Below, in pieces: positions 1 through 12,911 of a stretch of DNA of 64,000 nucleotides. Origin of the DNA: Lepidodermella squamata (lineage: Eukaryota; Animalia; Gastrotricha); assembly GCA_047495785.1 (NCBI GenBank), contig JBLDXI010000021.1:620001-684000 (forward strand), in the 5' to 3' direction. Every line of letters starts with the position of its first letter. Position 1 is the first letter of the stretch. Below the pieces are notes generated by a model, which did not search any database, was not told the DNA's origin, and saw only the letters and a program-made list of their open reading frames with translations. The position numbers and the translations under genes are program-made.

Positions 1-6
1 CTGGTC

Positions 7-645
7 ATGTTCAACTATTGGGTCGCCTTCATGTCCGCGCTATTCCAAGCCGTGATATACGTTATTGGGGTTGTTTTCTCTGCAGTTACGCTGGTTTTAT
101 CCGTTGCGGGTGAAGGTCATTCCCAAATCAGTAATGCGATTTATGAAACGTGCAAATTGACCCGGTCTTCTATGTGTCTCCCAATCGCCGCGACTTTATA
201 CCTCGGATCTGTTGCGTTATTCTGCTTATTTTGCGCAAATATGGCTGTCAGGTTTCTGTATCATTTCCACGAAAAATACCGACAGTTCTCCGGCCAACCC
301 GCCCCTCATGTTCCAATAAGTTTCGCCGCCTTGAATAACGACGGGCCTGTTTTAGGCCGAATCTGGTCAAGTACTGACGATTTACGGCAACGAAAAATCG
401 TATCAGAAGCGTTGAAGAAGGGCGAAAGCTCGTCGAGTCTCAAAAGTCATGACGAGAGTTTCGACTCGAAGAATGCCTGCGTAGTTTGCCTAACCAATCG
501 AAAACACGTTGTATTACTGCCGTGTCGGCATTTATGCGTCTGTTCCGAGTGTGCAAACGCCCTTCGAGGGCAATCAGATGTGCTCAGGCGGCAGTGTCCA
601 TTATGCCGAACCCATATATCACAAACAATAGACTGTTACCTGTAG
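7..645 (+). CDS. RNF26: RNF26-like membrane RING E3 ligase, 3' part (probably begins before the window)
   Basis: Hydrophobic segments followed by a C-terminal C3HC4 RING: CVVC..KHVVLLPCRHLCVCSEC..CPLCRTHISQTIDCYL. Confidence 0.75.
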   Translation: MFNYWVAFMSALFQAVIYVIGVVFSAVTLVLSVAGEGHSQISNAIYETCKLTRSSMCLPIAATLYLGSVALFCLFCANMAVRFLYHFHEKYRQFSGQPAPHVPISFAALNNDGPVLGRIWSSTDDLRQRKIVSEALKKGESSSSLKSHDESFDSKNACVVCLTNRKHVVLLPCRHLCVCSECANALRGQSDVLRRQCPLCRTHISQTIDCYL

Positions 646-1168
646 CGATATTTCATACTGTGCTCAAAGCGCGTGAAAAATTATATATGCCTTGTTTGAT
701 CATCTCAGTTTTTATACTCGGCGTCATTGACTTGTCATTTGAATTACTGACGACTGAAATATTATTAGCCTTTCTTTGATAATAAATTGAGCTGAAAAAG
801 CTTCGAATTATTACGCAGGCATTCCCTCTCACTTTTCTTGTCCTTGAAACTCGCATTATAGAAATTACGTTGAAGGTCTTTGTCTTTCTTGATTTTGTTG
901 CACTACGGAAGTAACCGACTTGTTTAGATTTCGATATCAATCAGCTTACTCTTCTTTTTTCGCATTTCTTGAAAATTATTCCTCTTGAGTTATGATTTCT
1001 GATTTTATGAAGGTGCTCTATTGCTTGGAATAGAATGATCACTGCAACTTGATTGATTCGAATCAAATTATTCTGTTTCATGCGCATGCTAAATTTTCTA
1101 CAAAAAACGGGGAAAGATTTACGATTTTGAAAATTTGTTTGATATTTTTTAGGGATACTTGTTTTATT

Positions 1169-4100
1169 ATGAGTAATCGAGTCGGGATGCCGGCTGTTCC
1201 GCAACAGGGCGTCAAAAAGTCTCCATCCATGCCTTCAAACGCGCTGATCCGTCAGTTGTTAACTAATGGCTCGCGGAGCGACGCTGCGGCCCTCGCCGCT
1301 GCTCAGGCGGCCGCCGAACGCAGCGATCCAGAGTCTGACATAGAACCCTCAGATGAAGACGACGATGACAAGTCGATTGGCGGTGGCAAAGGCGTGGGTG
1401 GTTTAGGCGGCAATCCTCGCGTCCAGCTACCCCGTTCCGCTCTCAGATCCCTCGTCCGCGGCGTGTTGGGCAACGTCCGAACCTCGCCCGATGCCATCAA
1501 TTGCCTCAACAGTTCTGGCGCTCGTTTCGTCCTAGCCGTGTCGAGACGGGCGAGTCGCATGTGTGAAGAAAGCGGGCGGTCGCTGATAACCGGTGATGAT
1601 CTTCTACGGGCGATTGCCGCTGTTGGTTGCACAACTCTTTCCAATCAATTAAGGCAACAGTTCTCAGCGCCTGCTCCATCTGGCTCGTCCGGCGACCACG
1701 ACAGCGATCCTTCGATGGGTAAGCCGAAGGGACGCCGGCCCTCAGAACCCGTTTTAGGTAAATTGGCATTCCTACTTAGTTTTTTAGGATTTAATTGGCT
1801 ACCACTAGCGAGCAGGGTTGCATAATTATAAAGACCTGAGGTACCAAAATTTTGAACAAATTGCGATCAGGGACATTAGAATGATTCGAACGTCATTTCA
1901 AAAGTATGGAAATTAGGGGAAAATAAATTCTACAAAGTAAAAGCATTTAAAGTATCTTAAAACTGGAATCGAAATATGCTGGAAAAATGCAAATGATATG
2001 TCTCGAATGGGCTTGAATATTGGGAATATTAAATAAGCTTGAATATTTGCGAATTTTTCCACTTCTGGAAGGGCAGAGTCGTTCATGGCTTTCTTGAACA
2101 AGTTGAGAGGTACGGACGCAGGACGTCCTGGTTGACCTTCATGTTGGCGTAGGAAAGGCCGCCGAGTCCTGCAGCTGAGCTGTTGGTGCCGCCCTTGAGG
2201 AATGTTAAACATTGACGTTGATTTTTGTCACTTAGTATAATATTGCCTAAAATTGAGGGGCTCACATTTTTCTCAGTCTTGTCATTATTTCTCTGAGTTA
2301 TCAATTTTTCCGTAATTGCTGTAGTAAAGGCCGCGGTGATTCATTATCGAAAATATCATGCCTCACACCTTATCATGTGCCAGCATTTCATTAGTCATGT
2401 AGAAATTCGTAGTCATCAGGTGGATCATCAAATTAACGGCCTCTGCCTGACGTCATGCAGAATTCGGAGTTACTGCTTTGTTATTTCTTCGTTGAACCAG
2501 CCGTCTTTTCTATAGAGTCGACGTATTACCGCGATTTTTTTTGGCCAGCGCCGTAGGGGTGTTTCACAAGGTGGCACTAAAACATCTGCTGACCCGGTTA
2601 GCATCAACGTAAACCTGACTTTCTCTTGACCATTTGATGTAACTTCGACAGTTTTAGCCCCTATCTCATCGACGCAGGTGTCGGAAACTGGCTCAATCCA
2701 AATGAGAGTTTCATCAGCCCCAATAATCTTTGAATCGGAGTGATTATTCAACTACAGTCGCTATCTACGGAACAAACCCCAGTTATAGGCGTTTTCTGTG
2801 TAGCTATTCGCTATCTTTTGTGCCGAAGTCGTTACTAGTCGAATTGTGTAGCACGCCCGGTTGAAAACGTTGAGGAGTCAGTTATTCGAGATCATGAAAT
2901 GACCCTTGTATTCACCTTGAAGATAAGATTCCCTGGCCTTCTTCTTCATCATATTTCTGCCCACTCGAACTGGCATACATATAAAGGCATCTCGAATATC
3001 CTGAGAAATGTTAAAATTGAGCCTTTCAGACCCAAAAAGTGCGTTGAAAATGTGGAAAATTCCCTGATGTTTTAAACTTAACACATTGACTGTTATATAC
3101 ACACATGTGTGTATAAGTTTGCTATATAGTGCCCCATATACACACATGTGTGTATAGATCGCTATCTCCATTACCATAAGGGTGGGATGAGTCAAATTGA
3201 CAGGTTGACCTAATTTTTGGGCCTAGATCAATAATCTGCCATCAGATTCGGACCATCACTCACAGAAATAGGGGATTTTAAAAATCGATAATTATCGATA
3301 TCGATTTCGATACCAAAACAATTTTTCCGAATTTTTTAATTATCACCACTGGAAAGAGCATATTCGATTTTACTCGAAACAGGTGAATGATCAACAATTA
3401 AACAAAATTCCATTTAGAGAAAAAATCGTCATTTTTCAAGCTGATGTTTTATCCAGCATTTTTTTCAGACGGCTATTAGGCATGTCTGACAAAATTCTGA
3501 TATCGCTTTTCTTAGGCCGAGTCTTTTACAAAGCTGACAATCTGTTCGTTTTCTTCGGCCATCAGGTCCTCGTTCTTCTTTTACCTTCCTTATAAGAAAG
3601 GGGAAGAAGGGGGCGGCGAGAAATCCCGCGCACGCTTTGTTTGTTTAGCTCTTGACATTGATTGGTTGACAATGATACAAATTTCAAATTAAAATTTTGA
3701 AAATGAACTCAACAAAACCAAATTCACACTTGTGTGAATAATATTCTAGAAAACGTTCATTGCAACATATGTCGGCTCACCACATACACACATGTGTGTA
3801 TCGTCTAGCACAAACATACGCCATATACACACATGTGTGTATTTACAAAAATCGTTATTACGTAATAACCGTGACGATCCGGATTTTTTGATATGTGCCA
3901 AAACTTTTGTATTGATGTCCTCTATCGATTAAGAAAAAAAAATGGGGGGGGGGGGTGTCTGAAAAGTGCATTTTTGCAAAAACCCCAGGAGCCAGTGTGT
4001 TAATGGTCATTATTTCTCCTGAGTTTTAATTTTGGCGTTGTGGTTTTCCTAACATTTTAATGATTTTCTTTATTTTAGGCAACATCGTAGGTGCGCGTAA

Positions 4101-4386
4101 ACGGCGAAGAGGCACAACCGGTGATGGAATCGACGCGGAGGAGTTGCAAGCGCGGCAGCTAGCCATGCTGATGGAGGCGCGGGCCGCCGACGACATGGCG
4201 GCGCAACACCTAGAAACCGTGCAGGTCGAAGTGACGACCGACGACGGGCAGGTCGTCGAAGTGCCTGCTGCTCAAGCCTCGCTTATCTCATCGCAAAACA
4301 CCGCCGTCGTCGTAACAATACCGGCACAGGGCGGCGGCGGCCTGGTCGAAAAGCCGAGCCACTACTCGGAAGACTACGACACGTAG
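1169..4386 (+). CDS. Divergent DR1/NC2beta-like histone-fold protein; exons 1169-1757 and 4079-4386
   Basis: Histone fold LPRSALRSLVRGVLGNVRTS..ITGDDLLRAIAAVG. The phase-1 GT-AG intron joins in frame to RKRRR..GIDAEELQARQLAMLMEAR, resembling the Dr1 C-terminal helix. Confidence 0.7.
2030..2115 (-). mobile_element. Possible BEL/Pao gag (DUF1759-like) fragment
   Basis: LNLFKKAMNDSALPEVEKFANIQAYL resembles the FxxxIHxxxxLSxxEKFxYLxxYL motif; short and intronic. Confidence 0.35.
2470..3070 (-). mobile_element. Decayed pogo-family transposase (CENP-B HTH + DDE_1 start)
   Basis: IIGADETLIWIE..GAKTVEVTSNGQEKVRFTLMLTGSAD preceded by HTH-like sequence, with in-frame stops. Confidence 0.8.
3082..3999. 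mobile_element. piggyBac-type non-autonomous element
   Basis: TTAA at 3078-3081 and 4000-4003, imperfect termini CACATTGACT / AGCCAGTGTG, and two copies of palindrome TACACACATGTGTGTA towards each end. Confidence 0.7.
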
Positions 4387-5070
4387 CTTCTCATTGCGTT
4401 TTTCGTCTCGCATCTGTGGTGTTATTCTTTGTTCATTTGTTATACCAACCAACCAACCAAACGTTGAGAAAAATTGGGCCTGAAGAAATTCAATTCACGC
4501 CTGTTTTTCAAGCGCTTTTCTAGATAAAACACACAAAAACTATCAAAAAGAGGAGAATCAGTTAGTTATCGGGGACAGCAATAATCCATTGGTGGTGATT
4601 CGGCGTGATGAATCATCCGAGGCTGGCGGTGAATCATCCAAACGTCACTTGCGTCTTGTTTCGACTAATCAATTATGATGGGCGTGCGAATTTTTGCTAT
4701 ATATACCTACTGCACCGAGTGGCTCGTTAGACTAGTGTCGTGTCGGTGGACGATTTCTTTTGTTATACTTTTCTCTCCGACGCAAACTGCTTTCTTCCGT
4801 CCGATTTGTATTCTTTCGCGTGTCCAATTTTGTCTACAGCGAAACTAACACTGGAGGATGAGAACCGGGATCTTATCCGCCGTTCTATATGTAACAAGCG
4901 CTACTAATAATTGATTGGAATTTATTATTAAATAGCGGTGTAAAAATTTTTGTTAAAACTTGTCAGTTGTAAATATAGCAAGATATTGAAATTACGGAGA
5001 AAAAATCACAGTAAAAAATGTGAAAAATAACATAATTCACCCGTCTTTTTCTTGTAGTCTTCCTTTTTTA

Positions 5071-6205
5071 ATGATTCTATTAACGTTCATCGCGCGAGTG
5101 GCCGATGGCCTGCCCCTCGCCGCTAGTATGCTGGACAATGACGAGCGGTATCGAAACGTGAATATGGCCGATTTTCAGACCCAGGCGAAGCAGATGTGCC
5201 GCCGGTTGTCGACCGCCCAGCCGGCCCCGCCCTCGAGATGCTCGATCGACGCGCCGCCCTCATTTGTTTTCCACTACGTCATCGAACGCGGTGTTTGCTG
5301 CCTGACGTTGTGTGACCGAACGCTGCCGGCACGCACGGCGTTTTCATTTCTGGAGGACGTATCTCGCGATTTTCTAGCCTCTTATGGCGACCGGGTTCAC
5401 ACAGCCAGCCGGCCGTACTCGTTCATCGAATTTGAGACGCATTTGACGAAAGCTCGCCGAGCGGCTCTCGACCTCCGCCAGCAACAGGCTAACCGCACAG
5501 CACTCGACCCGGTCGGCCGGGAACTTCGAGATGTTCAGAGAATCATGGTTGACAACATTGACCAGCTTCTCAATCGTCAATCAGCTTTGGAAGGTAATTT
5601 TCTACGAGATTTTCTTCAAATATTAATGGCAGCATGTCCCATAATTTGCGCGACAATTTTTGATTTCACAACCTTTTGTAGAAAGTCATCTAATATTTTG
5701 AATTGAAACTACCGGGAGAATCTTCTATCACTTATCCACGACTTTACCGAAAAATTTACTGGAGAAAACCCGAAAAATCCCGATGGTAACTGGTTCGGTA
5801 ATTTTCGATGTTTTACCCAGTTTCACCAAATTTCCTCGGAATTTTTAATCCCATTGCCAAGTGAACAACTTTTGAATTTTTCTAAGGATTTTTTGGCCAT
5901 GAGACAACTTCGCCTCTCATTTTAGAGTTCCTGAAGCCTTTTCCGTGTATTTTCGTTACTTATGGGACACGCTGCAGTTGAAAAATCCTCCTTAATAACA
6001 AATACCTAATCTAAAATTTTATGGAATCAATTTTTTTCTTGCTCCAGATCTGGATTCGCGTGCAACAATTCTATCTGTGCAATCGCAAAAATATCGCAAG
6101 GATGCTAAACAGCTGAACGTGCATAGCACTGCGGCTAAAATCGGGATAGCTCTGGTGATTTTCCTGCTCTTGGGTTTCTACGTCAGGTATTACTGGCTCG
6201 TATGA
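5071..6205 (+). CDS. SEC22B: Vesicle-trafficking R-SNARE SEC22B; exons 5071-5593 and 6048-6205
   Basis: MILLTFIARVADGLPLAAS longin domain, RPYSFIEF, ELRDVQRIMVDNI SNARE motif, QSQKYRKDAKQLN and C-terminal TM. Confidence 0.95.
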
Positions 6206-6838
6206 TCGATCGTCCTCTACCATAGAGTGCTGGAGCTGTTCTTTCAACCGGCGCTCTCCGTCACCACTTGAACCAAAAAGAGCTGTATTTGTGAGAACTA
6301 TTGATGCTATATTATATTATTATATAATACTAAAATCCCGGGTTAACCGCTGACATAATTCTGCTGACTCATCCCCAGTGGAAAATATGACCAATGAAGC
6401 CTAATATTATTCCAAAAAGTGAATAAAAAAGTGAAGTTTTGAATAATATTATTATTTATCAGAAAAATTGATGATCATTTCATTGCTCAGAGCCTTGATT
6501 GCGGTCTGTTGATTATTTATTGTGAGAAAACCATACCGCAATCTGTCGTAGTAAAAGTAATTACAAGCTTGTTGGTGTTCGGGCGAACGATGCTTTGAAA
6601 ATAAAAGATTCATATGAAGAAATTGTATTATTTTTTGCATTCCCATCTTATGCAGGTGTTTGTTTTTCTGAATAATACCTGGGTCATCGATATTTCACGC
6701 AGCCGTTAGAATAAAACGCGCCGTCTCCAGGGAGACGCTTCAAATGCAGTACTGCGCACCTTGTATTGAGTGCACATGCACAGCTAGGCATTCAGAAATA
6801 TAATATACTATAATACCATTGCAATTCAGGCGAGGAAC

Positions 6839-8892
6839 ATGGGTGATGAGTGCATGAATCCAAATGAGCGTTATGGCGAAGACTTGATGAATATTCGGAA
6901 CTATGCCTTCAACGTTTGGAACCAGCGCCGGAAGCCGGACACAACTTATTTGAGTACTTTCCAACGCCTGAAGAAATGGCCCGAGCCCTCGCATCTTCAA
7001 CTTGACAACGATGTGCACTACCGTCATAGACCGCAGCCTAGCATGTATGGCTTCAAAACGTTTTAGAGCCGAATATTTTTTATGAATATTTTACGTTAGG
7101 CATTTCCTTCATACTAGACAGGCACCACTACCTTCACAACGTGCGGCTGAGCCCAAGGTTCCAGGAAAAATGCCTACCATTGGGGGTGGCATCAATGGAA
7201 GACATCCAAGCGAATGCCATTCGGCGAGCGCAGCTCGTGAGTGTTAATTTGAGCACTTTTGTTCGTAGCCAGCCACTTTTTCGGTGACATAAAATCGCAC
7301 ATTAGAGCAGAATTACCCGCCCAATATGGCAATAATGATTGAGCCATGATTGCTTATTTCCGAAATAAAAAATATTGACCGAAAATCTTGGCATAATGTT
7401 TTGCCCAAAAGTGCGATTTTCTCAACCTCGCTATTAAGTTGCCGCGCATTTCATCCGCCATACAAAAGACGCTATATGAATATAGGTAGCTGTGAAGCCC
7501 CAAATTCGTAGGATTTAGTAAAATTTTCTCCGAACCACGCGCCTATAATCAAGCAACATTTTCAGATTTTAAACAATGAGGGGATTTTGTCCGAGCCAAA
7601 ATCCCGGTGACCAGACACAGACCGACTGGGAAAGACCGCCAAAGAAAAAGCTAATCTGAATTCCTAAAATGTGCATCCATACATTTCATGATTTTATTGA
7701 TTACAGGTATACTTACTGGCAATTTTCTGATTTAGGGAATATTTGGCGAATCGTTCATTTGCTTGCTACCCTCGATTTTATTCCAAGTCAAATTCGCTTA
7801 TTCTCAGATTCACGAGCCCCATGACTCGTGACTTCATTTTGACTTTGACTTGACGTGCTGTGAATTTGGCTTTGGTTGACAGCCCAAGGTTTGACTCTTA
7901 AATGGGGCGTGAAGTCAAATCCAAATACCTGGTCTCAAATCTCTCCATTAATGAAATTTTAGGATGGCTTGAGGTCGCTTGTCATAGATCGGAAACTGTA
8001 ATGGTTGTGATTGAGTGTTGAATCATTGATTGTTCAGTTTACCTGTGAATTCCAAATATTAGCGAGGTTAAAATTAAAATGTTGGTTCGTATTCGGCATG
8101 GGTCCCCCACAGAGTAAAAGGCTTCAAAGCAGTATAAACCCAAAAAGCGGTGCAAACGTCACGCAACAATAAATCGAATTAATTACGATAAAATTCTGCG
8201 TAATTTTCTGCATATGGGCTCATCATAAATTTAAGAGCCCGGCTTATGAATTTTGGAAAAGTTTCGAAAAACGACTTTTTCGACCAAATTGAGGTCTGAG
8301 CTACATTACGGAGTTTTCATAACATACGTTCCTCAAATTTTGGTGTGGAAAGCTAGAATAGCAGACCATCATGTTAGTCCATTGGTTGAAAATCAGAGGC
8401 TAAGCCTGAGCGCCAACTGGGAAGACTATTTAGCGCGTTTACCCTGCTTTGAAGCCTTCTGCTTCGTAGGGGACAGGGGACCCTTCGGCATTTATTGATG
8501 CCCGGATCTGGAAGATCTAAACAAACAAAGCTTCACTTCAAAATCATCGCGATGTTATAAATCGAATGAATTGTTTGGCTGTTACATAATACATAATCCT
8601 TTTTATCCGCCTCCATCGTTGTTGGTATTACTTGCCATTTATAAATATGCCAATTCTCAATTTAGGAACGCTCGAACTTTTACGATGGCGCCGTAGTACA
8701 ACGGAAGACTACGCCGTATCAGCCGCCCTCGCCGCTGATCTAGCCGAGATTCCGCACGTCGACGTGCGTCGAACAGAGTCCTTCACCCACGCCGACATGC
8801 ATCGGCCGCACCCGAAGCGTGGCGATTTCTCAATTCACCCCGACTGGCCGCCAACGCTGCGTCACCACCGCATTCCATATTTACAACAGTGA
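6839..8892 (+). CDS. Uncharacterised ~190 aa protein, possibly a ciliary microtubule-inner-protein type; exons ~6839-7044, 7100-7236, 8666-8892
   Basis: Three GT-AG-joined exons stay in frame. Motifs HRPQP/HRPHP, RSTTEDY and FSIHPDW; family is a weak inference. Confidence 0.55.
8100..8483. mobile_element. MITE copy 1 (Merlin-like: GG termini, 8-bp TSD)
   Basis: TSD TTCGGCAT at 8092-8099 and 8484-8491; termini GGGTCCCC..GGGGACCC; homologous along its length to 48190-48566. Confidence 0.9.
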
Positions 8893-10423
8893 AACCGACC
8901 CGATATTTCATCAAAACTCAATCCCGATGCTTTACGCACGCATGTTTTCACAGTGCGACTGTAAATTTTATTGCGAAAGTCGGCACGACACTTACTCAAA
9001 AAGTATCATGCATGCGACACTCAATTAGAATTACGAATATCATGTAGAATTTTAGCCTAAAAGAATTGTATAACCTTTCCAGTCAAATACCATGGACATA
9101 TTTATATGATACCATGTGCTGGTCTTGAAGTTTAAATGACTGTTTGAAAAGCATTTTGATACAATAATAATAATGATATGTCGAAATAAATCATCGCATG
9201 AAGCTTTCAACGCGTTATATCATCATTATAGATATAGCAAAATGTGTAAGCAATAATATCTCCGAAATGCGCCCGGTTTCATAGAATAGCAATAATATTC
9301 ATCAGTACATGACAGATTCGCGAGTGAGATGAAAAAAGATCTCACACATATTTCAGAAATAATAGCCTTCTAAATCAAAATCGGGATATAAGGCAGCACA
9401 TTTTTTCAAGTAAAAATTGTACATTACGTGGATCGAAGAAATAGGAAGGCCATTGTTTGGCAAAAATATTCATTCATTGTAACAGAAAACTCAACGACTC
9501 ATTTTACATATACATTACTGGAACAACTATTGTTTTCAATAATATTCATTGGTATTGTACTTTTCAGAAAATATAGCTTTGTTTAAGGTGGACGTCAAAA
9601 AAATCAGGAGCAAATAAACCGATGGAAATTTTTCATGTGATCAACAGTAAGTGGTTTCCGATTCAGCCAGAAAAAAATAGTTCAAAATTAGGGTAGATTA
9701 TCGGCAGAATGAGCCCGTCAACTTCACGGTACAGAAGAAATTATAGGACATCAACACCTCACAGCTGATTTACACCAAATTTTCTTATTATTGATTGATT
9801 GGACACAAAGTGTCGTGAGCGCATGTTACAATTATGGTGGACAACAGTAAACACAACAAGAGAAAAAGGCGATCTTCACAAGACCTGTAAGAGCGAGGTT
9901 TGTATTTGGCACCTGTCTTGTCTCTATAATCGCCCGTTTACTCTCTGGTCTATTTTTTAGAATTATTGAATAGGTATCATAGTAACCGTCTGTTTAAAAC
10001 CGCGAAAGTGAGCATCAAGTTTTAGCTTTAATCAAACGATCAAGAATTACAACGATTCCTCAGCATTTCGTAACTTTATGAAGGCGTTCTGTCCTCTCTG
10101 ATATATAAAAATATTAACAACGAGCCCTCTTTCATATTACGAAAGCAGCGGTTGAAAAACAAGAGCAGCTTTTTGTTATTTTTTGTGTTTTCTATGTATA
10201 TCATGATTTTTTTACAAGCAAAAAAACTCATCACTCGAGACAAAATTTGTTACTATGGAAGCAGCCGTGTGATTATATTGCGACACCTCAATGAAGACAC
10301 CAGAATTCGACTAATCAAATCAGTTGAACAGATCGCGCAAGGTAGGAAAAGAAAATTGCACCGTAAATCGTGTTAACTCCACTTCTCTCTCTCTCTCTCT
10401 TCATCTTGTTAAGGTGGATTTAT

Positions 10424-11813
10424 TCAAGCGTGATTCTCGTCAACGCGCGAGCTCTCCTCAGCTACGATGACATCAGCCGGCACTGGGACCGAGATAACAG
10501 CGACCGGTTGGTCCTCAATGGAAGAAAGACGGCGTCGAAGGACAGGCCACCGAGCTACATCACTTTGAGCCGGCTGCTGTTTGTTAGCCGCAGAATGCGC
10601 TCGACCGCGCGAGAAAAACCTCAACACCGGGTTAGTCGAGGCGTCTTTCGAGTCTTCGCCGCGAGAGCGAGCTGCGGTTTTGCGGTGGAAAGCAGATGAG
10701 TTCCAGAGTTGCCACGCTGTCGAGAGGGAGGCTAGGAAAATGACGATGGCGAACAGGCCGTAGATGAGTCGAATGTGCCAGTCGTAGGAAATTTCTTCAA
10801 ACACGAGCAGGTGCAGCTCGATGCAACCGGATTCGAATTCTGGCGTCTCCGAGCTGAAGCAACGGTATATTCCCGTATCGCTCAGTTCGGTCCAATCGAA
10901 GTAAAGAACACCCGTAGAATCATTGGCATGTATTCGAGCGGATTCTGACAAATTTGAAAGTAAATACAAAAATTAGGAATAAGCAGTACTTGTATAAAAT
11001 CAAAACCGGGTGTCTTTAAGCGGAACTAAACTTCATTTTTGGATAATTTTACTAAAATTGAATTTCTAGACTTCTCTCCAAATGAAAATGTTTCTGAGGA
11101 AAATTAAAATCAAAACGCTTATCCACTTTTTATTATGGACGATTCAGTAAAAATCATTTTTAGGGCAGATAGATTTGGTAAAATGCATATACCTAAACGT
11201 TTTTTCAATTAAATTAAATTTTGATTCAGCTTCGCTCGCAAAGCCACTATGGACAGAAAATCACGCAGAATTTATTCGAATTTTAGATAATTTACTTATT
11301 TTTGTTAATGAAAAATTCGAAAAAATATGAAAATATATTTTAGGGCGAATCAATAGTTCAAAATTAGGTTAAGAAGCAGGAAAGTTTGATTTCGCAAATA
11401 ATAGGATCCAAATCAAAATGACTAAAATATGGGAAATCGTGTTATCAGCTCTCTTTAATTTCGGATCTCCAGCTCAAGAAAAATGAAAGTTAACGAAAAT
11501 GTCAGAAAATTATCCCGAGCTTACCAGGAATGGAGCGAGTAGTAACATTTGGTTTGCAGTTATCCTTATCGAGCCTAATATTGTAGCGCCAATCGACCAT
11601 ATCGGCCGGGTCCTGGACGAAATACTCCCACCGGTATGGTGGTTGCCCGCCCGTGCACTCGAATTGTGCCGCTTTGTTTTGAGGCGCGGCTTGACGCGCC
11701 GCTGGAATCACGCGCAGTTTCACGGTCTTTTGGTCGATTGTGGTCGAATTCGAGCCTTCTACAACGGTGGTGGTCAAGTGAACAAATAACATCAGATAGG
11801 CCAATGAAAGCAT
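10424..11813 (-). CDS. Single-Ig-domain type I membrane protein, two exons
   Basis: Signal-like N-terminus, FEC..W..LSDTGIYRC Ig signature split by a phase-1 intron, TM LIYGLFAIVIFLASLSTAW, cytoplasmic RRRLSS. Confidence 0.75.
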
Positions 11814-11863
11814 TAACGGTCTGAAAAAAATGAATATGTTTTATTCAAATTTGCAGGTCTTCG

Positions 11864-12103
11864 ATGGACAAAATTACGGTTTTGAGCGTGCGCGGGGTGA
11901 CGGTGACGTTGACGCCAGGCCGGCAGAGCCCGGTTCGTCGGGACTCGCGGCAACTCGAGCAGCAAGCTGACAGCGAGGCATCTGCGCATGACGACGAAAT
12001 TGCTTGGTTATCGACTTTAGGGGAGGATAACGGCGGGCAGAAAACGATTGACATTTGTCAACCCACTGCATATGAGGCGGCTCAGGCCGATAATATCGAT
12101 TGA
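11864..12103 (+). CDS. Hypothetical 79 aa ORF or terminal exon
   Basis: GC-rich coding-like island after acceptor tttgcag (11856); no recognisable family. Confidence 0.35.
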   Translation: MDKITVLSVRGVTVTLTPGRQSPVRRDSRQLEQQADSEASAHDDEIAWLSTLGEDNGGQKTIDICQPTAYEAAQADNID

Positions 12104-12911
12104 TATGAAGATTTACAGGAAGTAGGTTTCAACCGGCCACGAGAGCTTGAGAACGGCTTCGGATCTCAATACACTTAACAATAGCCTAAAAAAATGAATA
12201 AAAATAGATCATTTCTGGAATGTTCCATGGTGTGTGATCGACCCAGCTTTCGACAGAATATGCAAGAAAAAACTGGCTCTATAATGAGAATGCGCGAGAG
12301 CTGGATAGCTTACAATAAGACAAGGTGGTTTTACGCTGCGGTAATGAGGATCCCAGGCAACATACTAGGCTGTTAACCCACCAATTTTTGCATGATGCGT
12401 AGTTCGAAATCTAACACGGCGGCGAGACGTATTTACACATCCGCATGTATGAAGCACCGCCAAAGATAAACAGGCAACCGCCTTAACAATAATAGTAACA
12501 ACGCAAAACAATGCCTACTCGCAAGAAAATCCATATCTGATGCTGTGCGAATGCCAGAGTATTACGCTAATGTGTTATAACTACCACTAGAGATATCAAG
12601 CCTCAGAGCTACAAGTTACTACTAGAAACGATATCACGTTAGGCGTAATAATCACTCGAATTATTTCATTATTATTCCCCACCCGCACTCGACGCCTACG
12701 GCCAGCATTTGCTTTGGACGATTAAAACTGCACAAGTCATTATCAAGATAAAAATTCTACTCGATATTATGGCCATAAAAAGCGCAAACAAAAACAACAG
12801 AACTCTAGTGCAAAATGGGGATAAATTGTTGAGTTCGCGCTAAACCAGCTTTTATTTGAAAAAAATTCGGCGATTATGATGAAAGAAGAGAAAGGAATAT
12901 TGATCACACTG

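Noticed and set aside
3095-3845. Repeated palindromes as a CRISPR-like array
   Set aside because: Eukaryotic context, only two pairs, irregular spacing; explained as transposon subterminal repeats
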